A stretch of 34,376 bases of DNA, from positions 1-34,376 of the forward strand of contig CBIHPU010000001.1 of NCBI GenBank assembly GCA_966211935.1. Reading direction: 5' to 3'. Shown here piece by piece: positions 17,913 through 26,843 of this stretch. The translations under genes and the position numbers were made by a program. Origin of the DNA: an uncultured bacterium. Lineage in GTDB: Bacteria > Bacteroidota > Bacteroidia > B-17B0 > Aurantibacillaceae. The notes under the pieces are model-generated. The model made no database searches and had not been told where the DNA came from. It saw nothing but the letters and a program-made list of their open reading frames with translations. Within the stretch, counting starts at the first letter, position 1. Every line of letters starts with the position of its first letter.

Positions 17913-18031
17913 ACGTTAATTTACACTTGAAATCTGTTAGCGAAAATTTTTGATCTGCATGAAGATGTCTATTATCCGGTGCGGCCCCTTTTCGAAAAAA
18001 TGAATAAATTTATCAAAAAAATAAACCGGGG

Positions 18032-19021
18032 TTGAAAGAGAACACATTTTTAAAACAAACCGAGCAGAAATGGACCGCGCTGGAACGGGAGTTAAATGTG
18101 ATTGAAAAGAAAAATCCGAAACGCCTGGCCGATCAGTTCATTGAACTTACTGATGATCTCTCCTACGCGCGCACGCATTATCCAAAATCAAAAACCACTG
18201 AATACCTGAACGGACTCACCGTGCGTTTTCACCAGGAGATCTATAAAAACAAACGGGAAAAATCTTCGCGCCTCATTGATTTCTGGCTTTATGAAATGCC
18301 GTTCATGTTTTACAAGCACCAGAAAAAATTATTGGTTTCGCTATTGATTTTCGCTATAGGGATAGCGCTCGGTGCATTGAGTCAGTATTACGATGAGAAT
18401 GTGATTCGGATGATAATAGGTGACAATTATGTGAACGAAAGAATTGAAGAAATTGAAAACGACGCGGCGATGAGCTGGTACGGCGATGCGAATCCCTTTG
18501 TTATGTTCATGGGAATTACGCTGAATAACGTTCTTGTATCTTTTAAATTTTATGTAGCCGGATTTCTTTTTGGTATCGGTACAGCCTTTGTGGTTTTTTA
18601 CAATAGCCTGATACTTGGTTCTCTTGTTATGTTCTTTAATCAATATGGTTATTTAAAGGCTTGTCTTATGATCATCATGATTCACGGCTCTTTTGAGCTG
18701 AGCACAATGGTGATTGAAGGAGTGGCAGGATTTATTTTGGGTTCTTCCATTCTAAATCCCGGCTCCTTGCCGCGAATGGAAGCGTTGAAGAAAGGAGCAA
18801 TGGACGGATTAAAAGTTACTGTTGGCTGTCTGCCTATAATTGTTGTCGCTGGTTTTCTTGAAAGCTTTATTACCCGTTTTTATCATATGCCAGCAGTACT
18901 GAACTGGATTATCATTATCGCTTCCATGTCCTTCATGGTTTTCTATTTTGTACTTTATCCTATACTGCTGAATAAAAAATTCAATTTCAATGTTGCGGAA
19001 TTCAAAGATGTAAAACGATGA
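18032..19021 (+). CDS. SpoIIM-like (DUF95) polytopic membrane protein
   Basis: 329 aa from a TTG start, with no in-frame ATG nearby. HGSFELSTMVIEGVAGFILG and ESFITRF are typical of the stage II sporulation protein M family. It has multiple TM helices. Confidence 0.7.
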   Translation: MKENTFLKQTEQKWTALERELNVIEKKNPKRLADQFIELTDDLSYARTHYPKSKTTEYLNGLTVRFHQEIYKNKREKSSRLIDFWLYEMPFMFYKHQKKLLVSLLIFAIGIALGALSQYYDENVIRMIIGDNYVNERIEEIENDAAMSWYGDANPFVMFMGITLNNVLVSFKFYVAGFLFGIGTAFVVFYNSLILGSLVMFFNQYGYLKACLMIIMIHGSFELSTMVIEGVAGFILGSSILNPGSLPRMEALKKGAMDGLKVTVGCLPIIVVAGFLESFITRFYHMPAVLNWIIIIASMSFMVFYFVLYPILLNKKFNFNVAEFKDVKR

Positions 19022-20007
19022 TAGTAAGTAATAAGATTTTTCTTCGCAAAAAACGCGATTTCGGCGACATGTTTGCCACTGTGTTCACATTGCTACGCAG
19101 AAATTTCGGAGTAATTGTGGGCTCATTTCTCATTGTGCCCGGGCCATTTATATTACTAGCCGCTGTAGCAGCAGCCTTCATGCAAAACAGCATATTTGGT
19201 GGCATGCGTGACATATCCCAACTTTTTTTTAACGGTGGTGTAACGCAGTATTTAAGTGACATGATAGCCAATGCTGCTCCATGGATCGTTTTACTATCCT
19301 TATTTTCCATGTTGTCATTTTCCTTTGTGCGCGCTACCATGGCAAACTTTTTTGTCATTTATGATTCGAAACTTGAAGGAGACAGCATTACTGTCAATGA
19401 AATTGCGCGAAAGAGTTACAAAGATGGCTTCAGGGTATTTCTGGGCCAGCTCGTTTTCACGTTCATATCACTTGTTCCGCTTATAATATTGGCTATTCCA
19501 TTGGGATTACTGGCCTCTATTGGCAGTGGCGCCGGAGTTGTCCTGGTCGTATTTCTGATTTTGTTTGCCGGATTGGCCTTCTTCCCGCAGTTAATGTATA
19601 TTTTCTCTTTCGCCACATGGTTTTCTATGGTAAAGGATAAAGTATTTGTGTTTAAAGCAATTGGAAATGTCTTCAAAACAATAAGCGGAAATTTCTGGTG
19701 GACCTGGGTGATAATGATCTGCACGTTTTTAATAATCATGATCCTTAATGCTTTTGTAAATATTCCAATGTGGATCTATTCGGCTTTCTCCGGTTTCTCA
19801 CGAATGAATCCTGAGACATTTGAACTCAGCATCGCTTATGTTTTCTTTATTTGCTTTACACAATTGGGAACAAATCTTGTGATGCTTATTGCCGACCTTA
19901 TGACTGGAGTTAGCTATTACAGTTTTGAAGAAGAAAAAACCGGAGCGGGACTCACCTCGCGAATTGATGAGATCGGCAAACAGGAAAGCAATCCTAATTA
20001 CATATAA
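19018..20007 (+). CDS. Polytopic membrane protein of unknown function
   Basis: 329 aa. ATGA overlap with the upstream stop (19018-19021). At least 5 long hydrophobic segments (e.g. VIVGSFLIVPGPFILLAAVAAAF, LVFTFISLVPLIILAIPLGLLA, FWWTWVIMICTFLIIMILNAF). I recognise no catalytic motif. Confidence 0.65.
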   Translation: MIVSNKIFLRKKRDFGDMFATVFTLLRRNFGVIVGSFLIVPGPFILLAAVAAAFMQNSIFGGMRDISQLFFNGGVTQYLSDMIANAAPWIVLLSLFSMLSFSFVRATMANFFVIYDSKLEGDSITVNEIARKSYKDGFRVFLGQLVFTFISLVPLIILAIPLGLLASIGSGAGVVLVVFLILFAGLAFFPQLMYIFSFATWFSMVKDKVFVFKAIGNVFKTISGNFWWTWVIMICTFLIIMILNAFVNIPMWIYSAFSGFSRMNPETFELSIAYVFFICFTQLGTNLVMLIADLMTGVSYYSFEEEKTGAGLTSRIDEIGKQESNPNYI

Positions 20008-20017
20008 ATTTTACTTG

Positions 20018-20794
20018 ATGAAAATTCTACTGCGCTATATTTTTTTGTTACTGCTCCTGGGCGCAGGATTTTCATATGGACGGATTCCGGTGAAAATTGA
20101 TTCTTCCCGTATTGAACCCGTTACGGTCAGCAAAGACGTAGAGAAAAAGATATTTGATGATAAGGGGTACGCCTTTAAACCGGAGGAAGCAAAACGAAGC
20201 AGGAATTTTATTAAAGATATCATTGACTGGTTTACACGAGATAAAATTGAAGATGACCGTGAACGCGAGGACAGGGAAAGCACCGACTACGACGATGACC
20301 CCACACGTTTTGACGGCAACAGAAATTTCTGGGACAGCCGCACCGTTGGAAATTTTATTATTCTGCTCTGTGTGCTCGCAGCCGTTGCAGGGATCGTTTA
20401 TCTTATCGTAACAAAAAAGATAAAAAAAGTTTTCGCGCCGAAACCGCAGGAGGTTGTTTTTGACTTCAGTGAAATTGCTGAGGATATTGAAACGCTGAAC
20501 ATTGACAAGATGATAGAAACTGCAAAGCAAAAAGGCGACTATCGTCTTGCAACGCGCTGGTGGTACCTGAAAATTCTGAAGAAACTTACAATGGAAAATC
20601 TGATTATTTGGAAGCCGCACAAAACAAATTTTGATTATTACCGCGAGTTGCAGAAAACAAAATACATTCAGGAATTCAGGCAGGCGAGTCATGTTTACGA
20701 ATATGTCTGGTACGGCGAGATGCCGGTAAACCAGGAAGTATACAACAAGTACACGCCGCAACTGGACGCGTTCGAAAAATCAATTCATGCTTAA
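20018..20794 (+). CDS. DUF4129-like membrane protein
   Basis: The ORF track starts at 19925, inside the previous gene. I prefer ATG 20018 (MKILLRYIFLLLLLGAGFSYG, a signal/anchor). It has a central TM (FIILLCVLAAVAGIVYLIV), and the C-terminal LATRWWYLKILKKL...WKPHKTNFDYYREL...FRQASHVYEYVWYG is typical of DUF4129. Confidence 0.65.
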   Translation: MKILLRYIFLLLLLGAGFSYGRIPVKIDSSRIEPVTVSKDVEKKIFDDKGYAFKPEEAKRSRNFIKDIIDWFTRDKIEDDREREDRESTDYDDDPTRFDGNRNFWDSRTVGNFIILLCVLAAVAGIVYLIVTKKIKKVFAPKPQEVVFDFSEIAEDIETLNIDKMIETAKQKGDYRLATRWWYLKILKKLTMENLIIWKPHKTNFDYYRELQKTKYIQEFRQASHVYEYVWYGEMPVNQEVYNKYTPQLDAFEKSIHA

Positions 20795-22001
20795 ACAATA
20801 CTGGCCATATATACTTGTATTTGCCGGACTTTTTGGCGCGCTTGCGTTTTTCAACGGACAAAAACCTCAACAGGTCAAGTGGTTCAAATCGTATAAACAA
20901 ACCGATAAAATTCCATTTGGAACAAATGCTTTTTACCGCGTGCTGGAAGAGGGCGCGTTTGAAGGGCCGGTGCGCGTGAAGAAACTGCCCATCATGCAAT
21001 CGCCGGGAATCAAGAATCAAAGCAACATTTCCTATTTTTTTCTGAATGATGAATTGTTCTTTGATCAGTACGAAACCAAACGCCTTTTGCAGTTTGTTGA
21101 ACGGGGCAATAAAGTTTTTTTATGCGCCAACTTTTTTCTTGGGAAGCTGAAGGACACTTTTAAGATTAGCACGAAGGCGGATCTTCCTTACCTGGATGAA
21201 AACAAAGGCGTGCTTGATTCTACTGACAGAAAAAATTTCGGGGTCAATTATCTTAATCCGTATCTGAAAAACAACACCAAATATTCCTACGATCATTTAT
21301 TGGGTTATTCAAGTTTTTCATCATTCGACTCTACAAAGTTCTCCGTTGTTGCTGCCGATGATTCGGGGAGAGCAGTAATGCTTCGCAGAAAAATCGGGAA
21401 AGGAGAAGTGTTTCTGTTTTCTCTTCCAGATGTTTTTTCCAATTATTACATTGTAAAACATCCTTCGCGTGAATTCGCCTACCGCGCGGTAAGCTTTTTA
21501 GCGAACGATGAATTGTGGTGGGATGAATATTATAAAACGTTCAACGCACCGGAGCAGAACCCAATGCACTTCATGGTTGAAAATGATTCCCTCTATTACG
21601 CTTTCTGGATAGCTGTAGGTTCAACTTTGTTTTTTATGTTCTTCGGCATGAAACGGGCGCAACGCGCGGTCCCGGTAATTAAACCTAAAACAAACACAAC
21701 ACTTGAATTTGTTGAAGTTGTTGGAAACGTTTATTTCAGCGCGCAGAACCATAAAGTAATTGCCGAAGAAAAGATCATGGTGTTCTTTGAATTTATCCGC
21801 AGCAAGTTCCAGGTGAAAACTGAACAGATAGGCCAGGATGAGCTTGTGCGCATTTCAAAACTTTCAGGTGTGGCTCAGAATAAAGTAAATGAGCTGTTCG
21901 CCAACATTCGGTACATTTACTCGGTAGAAGACCTCAGCGAAAGGGAATTGCTGAACTTCAACAAACGCATGGAAGAATTTTATAAAAACAATATACGCTG
22001 A
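20787..22001 (+). CDS. DUF4350-like membrane protein
   Basis: 404 aa. 8-nt overlap with the upstream gene. N-terminal TM (WPYILVFAGLFGALAFF) and a second TM (YYAFWIAVGSTLFFMFFGM). YKQTDKIPFGTNAFYRVLEE and the post-TM RAQRAVPVIKPKTNTTLEFVEVVGNVYF resemble DUF4350 proteins that accompany MoxR/DUF58. The family call is from memory. Confidence 0.6.
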   Translation: MLKQYWPYILVFAGLFGALAFFNGQKPQQVKWFKSYKQTDKIPFGTNAFYRVLEEGAFEGPVRVKKLPIMQSPGIKNQSNISYFFLNDELFFDQYETKRLLQFVERGNKVFLCANFFLGKLKDTFKISTKADLPYLDENKGVLDSTDRKNFGVNYLNPYLKNNTKYSYDHLLGYSSFSSFDSTKFSVVAADDSGRAVMLRRKIGKGEVFLFSLPDVFSNYYIVKHPSREFAYRAVSFLANDELWWDEYYKTFNAPEQNPMHFMVENDSLYYAFWIAVGSTLFFMFFGMKRAQRAVPVIKPKTNTTLEFVEVVGNVYFSAQNHKVIAEEKIMVFFEFIRSKFQVKTEQIGQDELVRISKLSGVAQNKVNELFANIRYIYSVEDLSERELLNFNKRMEEFYKNNIR

Positions 22002-22978
22002 TGGAAACAACTTTTTTCTCTAACAGGATCGATCTTACTCAGGTGCAGAACAAAGCGGCCGAGATAAAAAAACAAATCGCTTACCACATCGTGGGACAGG
22101 AAGAAATGGTAGAGCTGTTGCTCATTGCACTGTTCGCGGACGGCCACGTTCTGCTGGAAGGAGTTCCGGGCGTAGCTAAAACACTGACAGCGAAATTGCT
22201 TGCAAAAACTATTCACGCGGATTTTAAACGAATACAGTTCACGCCCGACCTGATGCCTTCTGATATAATCGGAACATCTGTCTTCAACGTAAAAACAAAC
22301 GAGTTCGAATTTAAGCATGGTCCATTATTCGGAAATATTATTCTTGCTGATGAGATAAACCGCGCTCCCGCGAAAACGCAGGCCGCTCTGTTTGAAGCAA
22401 TGGAAGAAAGACAAATTACCGTTGATGGAAAAACACGAATGCTCGAAGCGCCATTCATGGTACTTGCAACTCAGAACCCAATAGAACAGGAAGGAACTTA
22501 CCGATTGCCTGAAGCGCAGCTGGATCGTTTTCTATTCAAAGTAGAAGCAGGTTATCCTTCGCACGAAGAAGAGGCGAAAATCCTGCATAACTTCCACGAG
22601 CGTAAAAATGTGATCGATATCGATTCTGTACAGGCGGTACTAACAGGAGCTGACATCAAAAATATCCGCGAAGCGGTTTTTGGCGTGAGAGTAGAGAACA
22701 ATCTTATTCTTTACATTGCTCACGTTGTAAAGGAGACGCGTAACAATCCGTCCCTGTTCCTTGGAGCATCTCCACGTGCGTCAATCGCTATTTTAAATGG
22801 ATCAAAAGCCCTTGCGGCTTTGCGAGGAAGAGATTTCATAACGCCTGAAGACATCAAATACATTGCGCCACATGTTTTAAAACACCGTGTTGTTCTTACT
22901 CCTGAAAAAGAAATGGAAGGCAAATCAACCACCGATGTTATACGCGGAATTTTAGATAAACTGGAAGTGCCGAGATAA
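22001..22978 (+). CDS. moxR: MoxR-family AAA+ ATPase
   Basis: 325 aa. TGATG 1-nt overlap with the upstream stop. Walker A LLEGVPGVAKT, Walker B region IILADEINRAPAKTQAALFEAMEERQITVDG, then VLATQNPIEQEGTYRLPEAQLDRF and LGASPRASIAL-type motifs. Confidence 0.92.
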   Translation: METTFFSNRIDLTQVQNKAAEIKKQIAYHIVGQEEMVELLLIALFADGHVLLEGVPGVAKTLTAKLLAKTIHADFKRIQFTPDLMPSDIIGTSVFNVKTNEFEFKHGPLFGNIILADEINRAPAKTQAALFEAMEERQITVDGKTRMLEAPFMVLATQNPIEQEGTYRLPEAQLDRFLFKVEAGYPSHEEEAKILHNFHERKNVIDIDSVQAVLTGADIKNIREAVFGVRVENNLILYIAHVVKETRNNPSLFLGASPRASIAILNGSKALAALRGRDFITPEDIKYIAPHVLKHRVVLTPEKEMEGKSTTDVIRGILDKLEVPR

Positions 22979-23000
22979 CCAAAAGTGAAGCGTGCGCGCT

Positions 23001-24332
23001 ATGAAATTCATCCGCTCAATTTATTTTACAAAGTTTCTCTACTGGCTTATTGCAGCGGACGTAATTCTTTTTGTACTTTCTTTTGTTTGGCCAATATTTT
23101 ACAGCATAGGCTGGGCTGGTTTTTACACTATACTCGCACTGGTGTTATTTGATATTCTTCTTCTCTACGCCAACAAACGCGGCATGATGGCGTACAGAAG
23201 CAGCATGAATAAATTATCAAATGGTGATGACAACATCATCAATATTTATGTCATCAACCAATATAATTTTCCGGTGTGGCTTCAGATCATTGACGAAATT
23301 CCCTTTCAGTTTCAGAAACGTGATTTCCTGCTCCGCACTTCAATTTTAAGCGGAAAGAAAAAGCACTTTACTTACGTGTTGCGTCCCAAAGAAAGGGGCG
23401 AGTATCATTTCGGCGCCTTAAATGTTTTTACGAGAAGTATTCTCGGACTGGTAAAACGTCGCTATCGTTTTGAAGAGGGGACCATGCTGCCGGTTTATCC
23501 TTCTTTTATACAGATGCGCAAATATGAGTTGCTTGCCATCAGCAATAAGCTGACCATGTCAGGAATAAAAAAAATACGGCGCGTTGGAAATACAACCGAA
23601 TTCGATCAGATAAAAGAATACATACCGGGAGATGATGTAAGAACAATCAACTGGAAGGCTACCGCGCGCAGGCAAAAACTAATGGTGAACAAATACCAGG
23701 ACGAACGTTCGCAAAATGTTTACAGCCTCATTGATATGGGAAGAGTGATGCGGATGCCATTCGATAACATGACACTTTTAGACTACGCTGTTAATTCCTC
23801 GCTTGTGATCTCAAACATAGCCTGGGGGAAACATGATAAACCAGGCATTCTTGCATTCAACCACAGGGAACAGGCATTCCTGGGCGCAGAAAGGCGCGGA
23901 TCACAGATGTACAGGATACAGGAAACATTGTACAACCTGAAAACAAATTTCCTTGAAACAGATTATGAAAGATTGTACACTTACGTGCGAAGCAAAATAA
24001 CGCAGCGCAGTTTGCTGTTGATTTTCACTAATTTCGAAACGCTGAACGGGTTAAGACGCCAAATGAAATTCCTTAGGAAAATGGCAAAGGATCACCTGGT
24101 TGTGATTATCTTTTTTCAAAATACAGAATTGAAAAAATATCTTGAAACACCGGCGCGAAATACAAAAGATGTTTATTACAAAACCATCGCGGAAAAATTT
24201 GAATTCGAAAAAAAATTAATCCAGCGCGAACTTTTAGCGTTTGGGATTCAGAGCATTTATACTTCACCGGAAAATCTGACGGTTAACACGATCAACAAAT
24301 ATCTTGAGTTAAAAGCAAGAGCCATGATCTGA
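23001..24332 (+). CDS. DUF58 family protein (vWA-like MoxR partner), membrane anchored
   Basis: The ORF track starts at GTG 22992; ATG 23001 (MKFIRS...) is equally possible. Two N-terminal TM helices. Hallmark IKEYIPGDDVRTINWKATARRQKLMVNKYQDERSQ. Confidence 0.85.
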   Translation: MKFIRSIYFTKFLYWLIAADVILFVLSFVWPIFYSIGWAGFYTILALVLFDILLLYANKRGMMAYRSSMNKLSNGDDNIINIYVINQYNFPVWLQIIDEIPFQFQKRDFLLRTSILSGKKKHFTYVLRPKERGEYHFGALNVFTRSILGLVKRRYRFEEGTMLPVYPSFIQMRKYELLAISNKLTMSGIKKIRRVGNTTEFDQIKEYIPGDDVRTINWKATARRQKLMVNKYQDERSQNVYSLIDMGRVMRMPFDNMTLLDYAVNSSLVISNIAWGKHDKPGILAFNHREQAFLGAERRGSQMYRIQETLYNLKTNFLETDYERLYTYVRSKITQRSLLLIFTNFETLNGLRRQMKFLRKMAKDHLVVIIFFQNTELKKYLETPARNTKDVYYKTIAEKFEFEKKLIQRELLAFGIQSIYTSPENLTVNTINKYLELKARAMI

Positions 24333-24458
24333 GATCGAAACCGTGACACAGCTCATTGAATATTTTATGCCCGATCCGAAGCCACCATTTGTCGATTAGT
24401 TTTCCTGCATTACATTCGAAAACATAATTTCGCCTTACAATTTTTAATAAAAAATTAT

Positions 24459-25499
24459 ATGAAAAAACAACTACTTGTATTCAGCACCCTGGTAATTTCA
24501 TGCGCCAGTGTTGCACAGATAACAATTAATCAGGCGGACGGTCCGCAACTCAATCAGTCTGTGATTCAAAAAGAAGACACAACCAACGCAACCGGCCCCG
24601 GAACCAATGGTCCCAACATTACCTGGAACTTTGCATCACTGGCAGCACATACATCCGATACTATGTATTTTGGCCAGGTAGCAGGTACGCCTGCTGCGGC
24701 AACTTTTTCGGGCTCTGGAATGTGCATAGCGAATCCTGTGGATACGGAATGGGTTTACATAAGTAATACATCTTCCGCTTTAACCATAGACGGCGTTTAC
24801 GTTCCATTCATTAGCGGACCCACTGCGATTAAGTTCAATCCTCCACAAAAACTAATTACATGGCCGTCTACTTATAACACATCTTTTACACATACAGCAA
24901 AAGCATCTGTGAAAGCAGCCTTCAACAATCCTCCGATGGATTCGATATGGCTTATACAAACAATTGAACAAAGCAGCAGCATCAATGCGTGGGGAACGCT
25001 TACAACTCCATATGGAACATTTCAATGTCTGCGCCAGGATTTCATGGACATCAGAACAGACAGCGGATATGCACGCATGTTCGGCACCTGGACATTTATG
25101 CAGGAAACTATAGATACAGTAAAAGGCGCACGCTGGTGGACCAATGGAAAAAACTTTCCTGTGATGGAACAGGATATTGACCCGGCAACAGGGAGCGTGA
25201 ATAACACAAGCTATTTGTTTTTTACAATGGTTGGCTTAAATGAAACGACATCTTCAGATGAATTTATTCTTTGCTATCCTAATCCCGCTTCAGATCAAAT
25301 AAATTTTATCACACAACAAAATGAAAGCGCTGAGATTATTGTTACTGATATGCAGGGAAAAGTAGTACATAAAATTCTGGTTGATGAAACTACAGAAACA
25401 ATAAACACTTCCGCGTGGGCAAACGGTATTTACCATTACACACTGATTTCAAAAAACAGTGATGCTCACGTGAACGGAAAAATTGTTGTAACACACTAG
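24459..25499 (+). CDS. Secreted protein of unknown function with a T9SS type A C-terminal sorting domain (paralog A)
   Basis: 346 aa. Signal peptide MKKQLLVFSTLVISCASVAQ. The C-terminus LCYPNPASDQINFITQQNESAEIIVTDMQGKVVHKILVDETTETINTSAWANGIYHYTLIS...GKIVVTH is a Por_Secre_tail-type CTD. Confidence 0.85.
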   Translation: MKKQLLVFSTLVISCASVAQITINQADGPQLNQSVIQKEDTTNATGPGTNGPNITWNFASLAAHTSDTMYFGQVAGTPAAATFSGSGMCIANPVDTEWVYISNTSSALTIDGVYVPFISGPTAIKFNPPQKLITWPSTYNTSFTHTAKASVKAAFNNPPMDSIWLIQTIEQSSSINAWGTLTTPYGTFQCLRQDFMDIRTDSGYARMFGTWTFMQETIDTVKGARWWTNGKNFPVMEQDIDPATGSVNNTSYLFFTMVGLNETTSSDEFILCYPNPASDQINFITQQNESAEIIVTDMQGKVVHKILVDETTETINTSAWANGIYHYTLISKNSDAHVNGKIVVTH

Positions 25500-25521
25500 G
25501 CTAATCTTCTTGTTATTTTAT

Positions 25522-25551
25522 AAAAACCGGAGAAAGATCTCCGGTTTTTTT
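25522..25551 (+). terminator. Intrinsic terminator after paralog A
   Basis: aaaaaCCGGAGAaagaTCTCCGGttttttt. A perfect 7-bp stem (25527-25533 / 25538-25544) with a 4-nt loop and a T7 tail. Confidence 0.85.
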
Positions 25552-25635
25552 ATTTGAAAAACAGTCTAATGTCAGCATTCTTGTTTTTCAGCAGTTTTTT
25601 CTTAATTTTATTATCCAACCTAAAATGAAAACAAT

Positions 25636-26673
25636 ATGAAAAAACAATTACTTCTTCTTTCAGGAATTGTGATGTCATGCGGCGCTTTTGCGCAGATAAC
25701 CATCAATTCATCTGACGGACCTGTATTGAATCAGGTTACAATCACACGAACTGATTCAACCAGCACAACTGGACCTGGCGCCAATGGCCCAAGCATTACA
25801 TGGAACTTTGGATCGTTATTAAATCAGGACGCAGATACAATTCTATTCGGTCCCGTTTCCGGTACACCGGCAGCAGCGTCGTTTTCCACATCTAACCTTT
25901 GTATTGCAAATCCGCTGGACACAACATGGACTTACATTACCAATGGAACATCAGCGCTAACAATTGACGGATTCCAAATACAAAACGCAGGAAGCCCATT
26001 GATCTTTAAATATAATCCGCCGCAAAAGCTTATCGATTATCCAAGTACCTATATGAGTACGTTAACAAATGTTGCAAAGGCGTCGGTAAAAATGGCCATC
26101 AACAGTCCTCCATTTGATTCTGTTTGGCTTAAGCAAACAATTAATCAGAGCAGTGCAATCAACGCGTGGGGCACGCTTACAACGCCGTCTGGAACATACA
26201 ATGCACTTCGCCAGGATTACGTGGATATAAATACTGACAGCGCATTTGGCCGCTCATTTGGAGTATGGCAATTTTTGCAGGTAACAAAGGATACTGCTAG
26301 TGGCTCACGCTGGTGGGCAAACGGTGTTGGCTTTACTATCATGGACCAGGAGCTTAATCCGCAAACGGGAGCAGTGCTGAGAACAAATTACATGCACATC
26401 ACAACTGTTGGTCAGAATGAGTCACTGGCTAATACGCCATTCATTCTGTGTTTTCCAAATCCTGCATCAAACGAGCTGAACTTCATGACCAAAGAAAATG
26501 AAGGCGCTGAAATAATTGTTACAGATATGCAGGGAAGAGTGATTGAAAAGATCCTTGTTGATGAGCAGACAGAAAAACTGAACACTGCGTCATGGGCAGA
26601 AGGAATTTATCATTATACATTGTTCTCCGCTAAACATGAGACGTTGAGCGGAAAAATTGTGGTAACGCATTAA
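25636..26673 (+). CDS. Secreted protein of unknown function with a T9SS type A C-terminal sorting domain (paralog B)
   Basis: 345 aa. Collinear with paralog A over its full length (e.g. AQITIN..DGP.LNQ, TGPG.NGP.ITWNF, GTPAAA.FS, LCIANP.DT.W.YI.N..SALTIDG, NPPQKLI..PSTY, INAWGTLTTP.GT...LRQD). The CTD is LCFPNPASNELNFMTKENEGAEIIVTDMQGRVIEKILVDEQTEKLNTASWAEGIYHYTLFS...GKIVVTH. Confidence 0.85.
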   Translation: MKKQLLLLSGIVMSCGAFAQITINSSDGPVLNQVTITRTDSTSTTGPGANGPSITWNFGSLLNQDADTILFGPVSGTPAAASFSTSNLCIANPLDTTWTYITNGTSALTIDGFQIQNAGSPLIFKYNPPQKLIDYPSTYMSTLTNVAKASVKMAINSPPFDSVWLKQTINQSSAINAWGTLTTPSGTYNALRQDYVDINTDSAFGRSFGVWQFLQVTKDTASGSRWWANGVGFTIMDQELNPQTGAVLRTNYMHITTVGQNESLANTPFILCFPNPASNELNFMTKENEGAEIIVTDMQGRVIEKILVDEQTEKLNTASWAEGIYHYTLFSAKHETLSGKIVVTH

Positions 26674-26695
26674 TTATTTAATTAATTTTTTTTTT

Positions 26696-26727
26696 AATCC
26701 GGGGAATGTTCTCCGGATTTTTTTTTG
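26696..26727 (+). terminator. Intrinsic terminator after paralog B
   Basis: AATCCGGGGAatgtTCTCCGGATTtttttttt. A 10-bp stem with one G:U pair (26696-26705 / 26710-26719) and a long T tail. Confidence 0.8.
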
Positions 26728-26805
26728 AATGTTTCAAAGATTTATTTTTTATAGCCAGGATTTAAACACATTTATGCTTTTGGAACAACAAGGTGAAATT
26801 TAAAC

Positions 26806-26843
26806 ATAAAAAAACCCGTTGTTCCATTCCTGAAACAACGGGT
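26806..26843 (-). terminator. Intrinsic terminator, functional on the minus strand only
   Basis: Read on the minus strand: ACCCGTTGTTtcaggaatggAACAACGGGTttttttt. The stem is 26814-26823 / 26834-26843 and the T7 tail is the complement of the A run at 26808-26814. There is no T tail on the + strand side. It lies about 570 nt downstream of the nearest minus-strand stop codon (27414). Confidence 0.75.

Noticed and set aside
19925-20017. N-terminal extensions proposed by the ORF track (19925 for the DUF4129-like gene; also 3792, 22992 and 27977 for other genes)
   Set aside because: The extensions overlap the preceding gene or add charged residues ahead of a clean signal peptide or TM start. Internal ATG codons (20018, 3819, 23001, 27959) give more plausible N-termini. 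The 22992 versus 23001 choice remains ambiguous.
20072-20761. 229-aa ORF on the minus strand, the longest unexplained ORF in the track
   Set aside because: It is fully antisense to the DUF4129-like gene, inside a tightly coupled + strand operon. The translation is Cys/Phe/Asn-rich with no recognisable motif, signal or domain. It is a typical shadow ORF in AT-rich DNA.
26686-26695. T10 homopolymer tract as a possible phase-variation switch
   Set aside because: It lies in non-coding DNA directly after the paralog B stop codon and immediately upstream of the terminator hairpin (26696-26727). It is not within a CDS or between -33/-7 promoter elements.
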